From Thalia democratica (lineage: Eukaryota): a stretch of 64,000 nucleotides of DNA. Shown here one piece after another: positions 46,601-58,600 of the stretch. How positions within the stretch are numbered: position 1 is the stretch's first letter; each line of letters starts with the position of its first letter. Made by a program: the position numbers and the translations under genes. Under the pieces are notes generated by a model. The model was not told the origin of the DNA and ran no database searches. It saw nothing but the letters and a program-made list of their open reading frames with translations. The DNA is taken from NCBI GenBank assembly GCA_965202585.1, contig OZ241829.1, positions 63,550,001 to 63,614,000 of the forward strand. Direction: 5' to 3'.

Positions 46601-49600
46601 TTTCAGCAATTTTTATATTTCCGAATTTTTGAACACATTAATTCTCAAAAAATATTGAATCACTTCTTCAACTTTAATTTATTAACACCAAAACAATTTG
46701 GCTTTGTTCCCCACCAATCATAAGGAATTCAACTATTGGTATGTTTCCATACTTGGTTAATAACTTACTTATAAAATAATAGATCACAAAGAGTGCTCAT
46801 TAACAACACATTATTAGATCCTCTGGAAAATCACAGTGGAGTACCACAAGGTGGAGTCATTGGTCCTCTTCTTTTTTCAATTTACATCAACGATATTACT
46901 TTAAATACTCACATTCAAAGCAAATAAGTCTATTTTCATATAACGCAAAAGTATTTAGCAAGTCAGAAGCTTCTTTACAATTAACATTAAGAAATATTCA
47001 CAAATAGCTAAAAACAAGAAAACTTGATTTAAATCTGAAAAAATGCCAAGTTCTAACCATCAATAAAAATAAACTCTTCCCTATTAACCTTTAAATTAAT
47101 AAAACTAAAATACCAGCAGTAATATTTTTTAAAGACTTAGTAATTTATATATCTGGAAATCTTAAATGGAACGAACATGTAAATTGCTTACATAAAATTG
47201 CTCAAAATTCATCTTATCAAATACTTGAAAGTTTTAAGACCAATTCTGCTAGTTTTATTACTAAATTATATAAAATCTATGTTCGCCTTAAACTTGAATA
47301 CAATACCTTAATATGGTCCCCCTATTTAAAAAAAGACATTATCAGGATTGAGTCTGTGCAGAGAAATTTTACCCGTTTTGTTTGTAATAGATGCAACATT
47401 TAAAAAACCTCATACAAAGATAGATTGGTAAAACTCGGATTGGAGTCTCTAGAACAGGGGTCGGCAAACTGCGGCCCACGGGCCAAATGCGGCCCTTGAA
47501 GACAAAATCTGCGGCCCGCGAGGTACATTTCAGCTAAAAACATTCTTTTTTAAAACAATATAAAAAAAAATTTTGGTGGTGAAAACTTACAAATAGGTTT
47601 TAATTTAAGTAATTACTCATTACTAGTGCTGTTGTATAGCTTATTTTGTCCCAATTTTTGGTTTAAATAGTATTTTTGTATTATTTATTACAATAACTTA
47701 CTATAAACTGCGGCCCGCGAAGACTTTTTTCTGTATAGTGCGGCCCGCGAGCAAATTTTTGTAATAAAATTGGCCCGCTACTTATATAAGGCTGCCGACC
47801 CCTGCTCTAGAATATAAAAGATGGCAGTTTGATTTAATAATACTTTTTAAAATTATTAATGGTAAATATAAAGAATTTTTAAATCTATATTTTTGTTTTT
47901 CCTCAGGCAAATTATAATTTGAGAGGAAATTATAAAAAAATGAAATGTTAATATAATTTAATAACAGTCAGTGGCAAAGTTCTTTTTTTCTGCAGAACAA
48001 TGAATATGTGGAATAAGTTACCGCAGGATGTGGTTTCGTGTAGGAGGGTGGAACATTTTAGATTAAAACTAAAAATAAAAGATTTAAATAATATAAACAC
48101 CAGTAAAATACAGTGGTTGTCGATAAAAATTAGTTATAATGATGGTTTCAAGTATTTTTTATTTACTTATTTTAAAGTATTAGTATCACTAATATAATTT
48201 TTCTTTCCTACGCCTTCACCCTACAGATTATAAGTTTATATACATAATTTTTGTAAATGTGTAATCTTTTATAGTCAATACATAAGTTTATATATGGAGT
48301 TTTTGTTTTTTGTGCATACTAAGTTATGTTTGATCATACAGGACTATTTGTTTGTAATTTTTTACTATGATATGTTTAGTTTTTTCATTGAATGTAATTT
48401 GTTTCTTTCTTTTTTCGTGTGTACTGTTTAAGCGGCTCAGGTTTTAATGCCCGAATCCATCTTCGCACAATAAACTCCAATAATAATATATGTTTTAAAA
48501 CTTTGTAAGTATTACAATTGTTTATAGAATAAATCTTTAAAATATCTATTATGGTTAAAAAAATTGCTTAAAACGTACTGTTAAGTCTAAATAGTTTTAG
48601 TTGTTTTCAGATGTTTCTTGTTGACTTCGAACAAAAATCGGTTGATGCTTGGAGAGATAAAAGAGAGAAAGGTTGTTGTTTTTTTATTTGAGTTGTTGGT
48701 ATTTATAATGTTGTATATTATTATAGATCACTAGTCTACTTTTTTTAGTGTGGTAGTTTTTCTTAACACTTATTTCAAATATATTTCTTGAACTGAGTCA
48801 CTTTCAGGTATTTCTGCATCACAACCAGCAATTGATGTGAATTTAAAAGACCTGGTAAAATCTGAAAAAGTAGACAAAAGCAAAGGCGATGAATGGTTAT
48901 TTTTTGTATTAAAAAAAATTACTTTTACAACTTGTACAATATTTTATACTCCAGTAAATAATTTAATTTTTATTTACTACAATTTTGCTGTTAATTAAAA
49001 ATAAATAAAAATTATTGATACATAGTGGTTAAGCTTACATAACGTTAGTTTGTCGAAGTTAAAAATTTATATAGTTTTATTTAATTTTAAGTTTCTAACT
49101 AATGAAAAAAATCAAAGGGTCGAGTATGTCGATGTTTTGGGCAGAACTAGAAGTTGTAAGAAAAGTGAACTAGATAAGTTGCAAAAAATTGATGAGAAGC
49201 TCAAACCAAATCAGGTGATAATTGTTCTTTTAAAACAAATAAAGAGTTGCTATTTTTTTTTAATGTAGTGTTTTTCGCCAAAAAGAAGATCTTGGTTAAT
49301 CTGGATTTTAGTGCGTCTCGAAAAATCCTTCCGTTTCCTAAAAAATATTTTACGTTTTCGAAAAATTTTTTGTTTACGATGAAAGTGTTTATAGCTTTAA
49401 AAAAAGATATTTTATGACAAATTTTGAAATAAAATTTTTTAACAGCTTTTATGAGTTTTTAATTTATTTTAATGTTAATATTCTTATATAGGAAGAAACA
49501 CCTCATCAGAGTCAGTCGTCTTTTTTCGACAGAGAACCTGATAATGCTGATGGTGGATTAAAAAAAGATGAGATGTTTTATGAAGATTTCCGTGATTCAG

Positions 49601-52600
49601 GTTGTTTAAAATTCATTTGACTGCTAAAAAGTTTAAAAATAGTTTCCGAAGTTCATTTAGTAAGAGTTATTTTTTTTGGGAATTTGTGAAAGTTTTGTTT
49701 ATAACTTAATTTTAATAAACTCTTGAAAATAAGAACTATGGGAAATACATAACAAGTATAAAACACTCTCTAAATTTCTTTTTGTAATAGTTAAATACGT
49801 ATTTCTCTACTTTTCATCAGAAACTAACAGTAGTACAGAACATAAAATTGTGAGTTTTTTTTTTCCTAAAAACAAAAAAATAAAAACTAACAAAGTAATT
49901 AGCGCAATAAATAATCAGTGTAAATTAATAATTAATTAAACTAAAATACTATCAACGGAACCAAAATGGATAATTTAACTAAATAAAGACACTTTTTTAT
50001 CAAGTTCTTTTTGTTTGCACAATTCTGGTTTCTATAAAAATATAGAGATATCCTCTAACTTAACGAGATCAAATTCACTATTACAATGATGAATTATTTT
50101 AAATCTATATATCTTATATTCCTAGAACAATATCTTTTATTTTTTAAATATTCTGTAACTGAAGATCTTTTAGCTGCGTTTTTGGTTGCCGCTGTCTTAA
50201 TTCAGGTTCTTTTTCAATAAATTTCAACACGTAATTTCAGGTTTTACTAATTTGTACTAGGAAATATGACATATACAGATTTAAGATAATTCATCATTGT
50301 AATAGTGTATTTGATCTCGTTAAGTTAGAGGCTATTTCTATGTTTTTATATAAACCAGAATTGTGCAAACAAAACGAACTTGATAAAAAAGTGTCTTTAT
50401 TTAGTTAAGTTATCCATTTTGTTTCCCTTAGTAGTACTTTAGTTTAATTAATTATTACTTTACACTGATTATTTATTGCGCTAATTACTTGGTTAGTTTT
50501 AACTTTTTTTTTTTTAGGAAAAAGCTATTTATAATTTTATGTTCTGTTCTACTGTAAGTTTATGATGAAAAGTAGAGAAATACTTCTTAAAATATCAAAA
50601 AAAACTTTAGAAAGTGTTTTATATTTGTTATGCGTTTAATTAAAAGCTAATAGTGTTTGATCTATGGGAAAGTTAATAAATGAGATTTGTGCTAAACAAC
50701 TAATATAACTTAAAAAAAGTTGTATGATTCATCTAGGTTTTTTTATATAAAAAAATACATAATTCAGGGTTGCCACTTTACCTGAAAACCTGGAAAAACC
50801 TGGAATTTGACAATTTAGGCGAAAAAAACCTGGAAAAACAAAGAATTTGAGATATTTTAGAAAAAACCTGGAATTTTAACAATTTTCAAATGTTCAGTCG
50901 TAAAATTTCGTTTTGACTCAAAAAATCTATCATAATAATAAAAAATAATTTGTCATCATCAGAATTTTTTTTATTTTAAAACATATTTACAGTAGCTTTA
51001 CAGCATGTTTTCAATGTTTAATACTATTTAATACAGTTTCTAACAATAAACTTAACTTTAAACTAAAAATAGACCTAATAATGTGTACTTTTAAAAACCT
51101 GGAAGAAATTTAGAAAACCTGGAAAAATTTTTGAAAAAATGAGTAGCAACCCTGATAATTTAAAACTCATTTTTGCTGATCACAAGTTTAAATTATTATT
51201 ATTTTTTTTTTTTCTCTAACATAATATTGCTAACACATCAATTTTTAGCGGCCTTCTTTAATTTAAACGACTTTGGTAAGTCAATGATTTCAAACATAAA
51301 AACTAAATTTCAAAGTCTACATAAAATTAATTTTATTTCATAAAATAGAAGTTTGTAATTTTGGTGTTGTAGTATTAAACATGATGTAACTGCTTTAAAC
51401 GTTATCAAATTCTGTTTAGTTAAAATGAAGTTTCGGTACCGGTAGCCTTTTTAATTATTTATTCAGTTTTGAGAAAAGTTATTATGATACTACTTTTAAT
51501 TTTTTTGCTGTTGTGGTATTTTCAACATTATGTTTTTTGAAAAACTATAATTGAATTTCAGTATACTAGTTTTTAAAACGAGTAATTTTATTGTTTATAT
51601 TTTTTTATATATTGGTAATACTACTAATATTTTTGAAGTAGCAGTAGTATTAACTCACAGTTACTAAAAGACCTAGAATCTTGGAAAAACCTGGAGTTTC
51701 ACAATTTAGGCCAAAAACCTCAAATTTTGAACAAAAATGACGAAAAACATCGGAATGTTTATCAATTTTCAAATGTAAAATGATGAAATTTTCATTAGGT
51801 ACAATAAACCAATCATATACAGCATTTTCTCTTGTATCATTTAGATTTTTATTTATTAAAAAATTCAAGTAAAGTTACATTGCACTATCTTTTCAATATT
51901 TTTATCCTTTTTAAGAATAAGTACAGCAAGGCCCCAGAAAATCTCTGTTGAGCCAACTACACATTTTACTATTAATAATGGCACACTTTGAAAAAATCAA
52001 CTTCCATTATTCAACAAAAAATATTCCTATATGCAGCCAAAACGAATACAAGCTTAAGCTAATTGACAAGATAAGAAACTTCTGCAGGCGAATTAGATTG
52101 AAAGTTTTCTACTGCACAAACAAAGAAGAAAATGAAAGTATGTATGAAAATGAGGAAAAAATAGAAACTTTTGGATTTAAATCAGAATTCCTACCAAAAC
52201 AAGAAGAAGAACTCAAACTTTTTGAAAGTGATATGTTTGACATTGTTAGACTATTAAAATTCAGAAGGATAAACAATAAATTCCAAGAAAAAATTCAAAA
52301 AGATGTAAAAACAATAAGAAACAGCAAGCAAATCTATGTGGCCGCAGACAAAACAACAAATTATTATAAATTGAACAAAATGAATACATAAAATTAAAGG
52401 AAAATTCCATCAGAAAAACATACAAAAAGAACAATTATACTGTAATTGACAGTATAAATAAGGAAGCTAAACAAATAGTCAAAAAATTAAAGCTTGATAA
52501 GAAGCTAATCAACCAACTACCATTAAAAGATTGTTATGTAACACTCAAAGACCACAAAGACAACTTCTTCTCAAAGCCAGAAACAAGACTAATAAATCCA

Positions 52601-55600
52601 TCAAATTCAGACATTGGACAAATCAGCAAAATTATAATTGAAAAAGTCAACAAATCAATCAGAAGAACAAAAGAATTTAACCAATGGACTAGTACAGAAG
52701 AAGTTATAAAAATTTGGAAAAGAACAAATACAAATTAATGAAATTTGATATTAAAGATTTCTATCCCAGCATAACCAAAGCACTTCTAAATAAAGCAATT
52801 GAATTTGCAAGCAACTACGAAACAATCACTGAACAAGATAAATCCATAATAGACAATGCTGCAAAATCTGTTTTAGTAGACAAAGAAGAAATTTGGACAA
52901 AAAAAAGCATAAGTGAGAAAGATAATGAGCTGTTTGACATAACAATGGGGAGCAGACATGGAGCTGAAATAAGTGAACTAGTTGGACTTTATATACTCCA
53001 AGGCCTAAAGCAAACACTACCTGATAAAATAATAGGAATCTATAGAGATGATGGACTAATAGCTTTAGACAAATCAACAAGCAATGTTGAAATAGAAAAA
53101 ATAAAAAAAGAACTATAAAAAAAGAACTACATAAATTTGCTAAATCAATAAAAATAAAAATAATCATCGAAAACCCAGCGTTTCAAATAAACTTCCTGGA
53201 CCTAAACTTAAATCTAAAAAAACACAGCTTCTTCCCATACAGAAAACCAAACAACAGAATCAATTATGTAAATGCAAATTCTAACCATCCACCAGCAATT
53301 ATCAAACAAATCCCAAAGATGATAGAAAATAGATTAGCCAAAAATTCAAGCAGCAAAAAACTATTTGACAGTATAAAAAAAGAATATAATGAAGCGTTAA
53401 AACTAAATGGATACAGTCATGACATAAATTATACAAAAATAACCAATGAAACAACTGTGAAAAAGAGAAAAAGAAAAAGAAAATGTATATGGTTCAACCC
53501 ACCGTTTTGCTGTTCAGTGAAAACAAATGTGGGAAACAAATTCTTAAAAATAATAAAGAAGCATTTTAGCAAAGAAAGCAAACTAAATAAATATGTCAAC
53601 AGCAACTGCATAAAGCTAAGTTACAGCTGTATGCCAAATATCGAAATGACAATCAAAAGCCACAACAAAAAACTGTTGAATAAAGAAAAAATCACAGATG
53701 AGACGTGCAATTGCAGGGACAAAAATAAATGCCCCCTGAAAGGTGGCAATTGTAGAACTGAAAACGTCATATATGAAGCTTCAGTAAGCGCAAAAAACGA
53801 AACCAAAACATATATTGGAATAACAGCAAACCAATTAAAGAAAAGAATTTAAACGCACAATACAACAATCAATTGCAAACCTGATAACAGAAACTACAAT
53901 AAATACGTTAATTCAACAGAACTATCAAAACTAATTCACAAATTAAAAAACGAAGGAGAGGATTACAAATTAAATTGGAAGATCCTAGAAAAAGTAAACA
54001 AACACCAACCAGGAAAAACAACATGCAAGCTTTGCTTGAAAGAAGCCCTCAAGATATTACAAGCAAGTAACAACTGTATCAACAAAAAATCCGAACTTAT
54101 GGGCAGTTGCAGACATAGGAACAAATTTCTGTTGATGAATTGGAAGCAAGCAATTAGCTAGCATAACAAATGTTCAAATTAGGGTTTTGAATTTTGAGTT
54201 TTATTTGTTGTTTTTTATTATTTTGTTTTGTTAAATGTTAAATATTCCGTTTCAACTTAAATTCATGCATTGTGTTTAACCATTACTAGTTAATATGTTG
54301 CTTTTTAATGTTTTGTTTTATTTCGAAGTATATTAAGAATTAAAGCCAATCCTTTTGCCAAAACCTTTAACTATAATCAAACATTCTGATATTATTATTA
54401 TAATTACAATACAATATATTTTTCTAATTGCTAACTTAATCTAATCAAAATAATTAACAAAAAGCATTTCTACTTTCTCTCTCTCTTTTTTCTCTCTCTT
54501 TTTACTTTCATTTACTTTCTTTTTACGCATGAATAGTTATTTTGTATTTATTAATAGTTGCCTAAAACGTGCTTATTCTTATTTTGTTGAAGCCTGAAGA
54601 GATTGACTATATGTCTTTCGAAACAGCTGTTGTTAAACAAAATAAACTATAGCACTCTATTTGTATCCTTTTTAAGATAATTTTTTACCTTAAGTTTGTT
54701 TTCATTCTAACAGGGTTGCCACACACTCAGGGAGTTCAGGAAAACTCAGGGAATTTTCAAATTGTAGAAAATCTCTGGGAAACTCAGGGAATTTTGATTC
54801 TTTTTTTTTTTAACTCAGAGAAACTCAAGGCAGTTTTGGTTTTTTCTAAAAATTTCAGGAAAATTTTAAGATACTTTTTTAAATCTCAGGGAATTTTTTT
54901 TTCAGATCTAAAATGAGATTTAGTTAATCCAACTTCAATATTTTGTTCAAAAATGTTAATTTTATTTATTTTTAAGTACTTATATAGAAAATTTTTAGCC
55001 TTGCGGCTAGTTCTTCCATATTCTTGTGTTAACATTGTAATTTTTTAATAAAAAATAATTTTTTTAGGATTTGAAAAAAAACTCAGGGAAAGTTTAAGGT
55101 TACTCAGGGAATCTGGTCACTTAGGTAAGATTTTTTGACTCAAAGAGTGGCAACCCTGTTCTAAAAGAAACTTGTACTTTCAAAAACCTCGAAGTAATAT
55201 AGAAATCCTGGAAAAAAAATCAAAAAACCTTTGGCAACCTTGATTCACTGCAAAAAGTTATTTGAAGTACATCACAGAAGCTGACTTTAAAACATTGAAC
55301 TGTAAACATTGAACTTTCCAAATTAAACGTTTAAAGTTTTGTTTGGCTTTTCGTTATAAATGATGAAAAGTTATGGCTTTATTTATAATTTTTTTCTACT
55401 TTACATGGCTATTGATAAAAGATTGAAATTCAAAATGACAGAAGTAAAGAAAATCTATTAGAACAATCGAGCTGACTCGAAGGTTTTAAAGAGTATATTT
55501 AAATCGTGAAATGTTCAACAGAAGTGCGAGAGTTGGGAGTTGGTTATTTCAAGTTTTCGCAAGATGGAGCCACGCGCAAGGAGGAAATGGAAAGACTGGA

Positions 55601-58600
55601 GAAGCTGCGACAGGAAACGATCGATGCCAAGAAGAAGCATAAAGAGGAGAAGAAGAAAGAACAGGTTGAACAATTTTGTTTTAATATTTAAACGCTTTGA
55701 AAAGTGGTTGTAATTGTATATTTTAGATAAAAGGAAGGGGTAAGATTTTTTAAGCGATTAATAGTTTTAAGTTTTTTAAGGTTTATGAAAGGAATACCAT
55801 GTAAGAGTAAAAAAAATGGTATAAAAAGTTTTTTTTAATCTTGAAAAGAAATAGTTTTTAAAATTTATCTATTATAAATAGATATCGCATTTTTTTTACT
55901 TGTGACAGGGTTGCCACTTTACCTGGAAACCTGGAATTTGACAATTTAAGCAAAAAAAAAACCGAAGTTTTTAACAATTTCAACATGTTTTTATTAAAAA
56001 ACAGATTTAAAGTAGCTTTAAAGTATCTTTTAAATGTTTTTATATTATTTAACACAGTTTCTTACTTTAAATTTAACTTTAAACTAAAAATAGACCTAAA
56101 AAATGTGTACTTTTAAAAACCTAGAGGAAGTTTTGAAAACCTGGAGAAAATTTTAAATAAACGAGCGGCAACCCTGTTGTGATTCTTGTGTTATTATCAA
56201 AGGAATTTAAGCAATGCTATAAAACAGCGTTTCCCAAAGTGGGCCATAAGCTGCAAAGGCGCCAAATTCATGACTAGTAAGAGGTCATAATTTGAGACTT
56301 ACACTAGATATTCTGATGTTATGATAAAATGCAAAAAAATAGGTCTAAGGCGCATAATGGGCAGTTTTTTAGTTTAAATGAGATTAAGCCTTATTGAATT
56401 GGCTATTTCTTTTTTTATTTCATCGAGGGCCTGTGAAAGAAAGTTAGGAAAATCATGCTCTTAATTAAATGAATAAACTTACATTGTAACAAAGTTTTAA
56501 ATTAAAATGAAAAAAGTACTAAGTTTTATTATACAGAAAAAAAATATAAAATTTTATATTCAAGTTTATTAATTATGTTTTTAATGACTAAAACTATGTT
56601 GTACTAATTATATAAGTTTATGTGTTTTTTTTCATAGCTCAAGTGTTTAAAATTTGTTTCAGCTAGAAAAGTGCACACACTTTAAAAGTTCATTATTACA
56701 TGGTGTTGATATAATTCATTTTTTGTTATTAGAATTTTTTTATCATCATCTTGTTAACACCATAGTTTTTACTTTTTAATGTTTAATGTTAACTTTTTTT
56801 GTAAGCAACTAAGTTATATTAAGACTAAAAGCAGGGTTTTCAACTCACTTTCATAATCGCCCCCTTTGGCAGAAAAAAAAAACTTTGCTCTCTTACAATT
56901 ATTACTTCTCTCGGCAACCCTGCTTTAAAATAATCTATTATACTGTTTTTTATAAGTAAAACATTATCGGTACAGTTTTCTTTAAATTTTTTACCAATAA
57001 AATCTAAAGTTTCATTCGTAAGTAGTTGAAATTTAACTTATTTTATAAATATATCATTTTAATCCTTTAAAATTGAAAATGATCATTTACTGCAGAATGC
57101 CTTACGCGCCCGCTTAGAAAAAATAAGGTTGAGAAAAATTGAGAAATTGAAAAAGCTTGGTAAAAATATTCCAGCCAAACTGCTGAAACCAATTGAAATA
57201 AAAGAAGAAGCTAATGATGACGAGGTTAAAACTTTATTATTTTAATAAAACCATTTTTAATGTGCAAAATTTGTGAATTACGTTCATATTAATTTTACTT
57301 AATGGTTTTCTTGTATTTTTGCATAGTTTAAAAAATATTTTTAACATAGTAAAAATATAGAAGTTATGAATCTAAAGTTTTTGTTGTTCAAAAATTTTGG
57401 AAGAAAATATACTCGGAGATAAATGGTTGATTAATTTTAAATTTTCAATAAAATAAAATCTAAGGTAGATTAGTATAATAAGGTATCAGATGCAATTTCG
57501 TCTAAGGTTTTTTTTAATATGTAGGAAATTCCAAACTCACACTTTAAAAATTGTATATCAAAGTCGTTCATAGTAATTTAATGCAACATAGTAAACTTTT
57601 TAAAATTAAGAAAAAAACATTCTCTATTTTCTGTTGTTATTATTTTTTTTTTAGTTTCATTAAAAATTATTTAAATGATAAAAAATGAACGAGCAAAAAA
57701 AATATAAATACTGAAATTTTCTGGTAAAGTGTTACTTGCAATTTTTTCTTGTTGCCTTTTTTCAATTAACTAGCAGTAACGTAGAAAATGTTAGAAGTTT
57801 TATTAAGAAAAACCATTCAGTATTTTTGAAAATAAGTTATGAAATTTTTAGAACACTGATAATTTAAATAAACTATTTTGAGTTTAACCAGTCTATCATG
57901 ATATCATTAGTCTTACAATGAAATCTGTCCTCAATATATATATTTTTTTCAAACTTTTAAACATTATCGATATAAACTCGAGGAGAATATAAGCCTAAAA
58001 AAAATCAGAATATCTGAATAATTCTGGTTAAAACAGTTTTTATGTACCTGGTAAAAAGAATTGAGTCAATATTTTATAACTGTTCTTGCAAATTCGAAGT
58101 ATTATTATAATTAGAATTTATAGATGTAAAAATTTAATTTATAAAAGTATAAATAACATATAATTTTTTAAAGTTTTAAACATATGTCTGCTAATTTTAA
58201 TTTTTTATACATAAAACAAGTCTTTTTCAACAACACATATATATTTCAACAATTTTCTTCAGTGTGATTACAATTGTAACAAGGTAAAACAAATTTTAAA
58301 CTTATATAGCCTTTTTAATTATATGAGAAATTATCAATCAATTAGCAAAAAAAACCCTAAACTATAACAAAAAAAAAATTAAAAACAACAAGGAAAACGT
58401 AATTAACTGTAACAATTTAAAACAAAACAAAATTAGTCTAATTTAAACAAGGATAATGAGTAATCAAATTCTCTTTGTTTGCATAATTCTGGCTTGTTTA
58501 AGTGAATATAAATAGCTTCTATTTTAATTAAATCAAAAATGTTCGTGCAACTTCTTAAAACTTTGAACTTTGTCTCACTGTAATTATTACCACATTTAGG

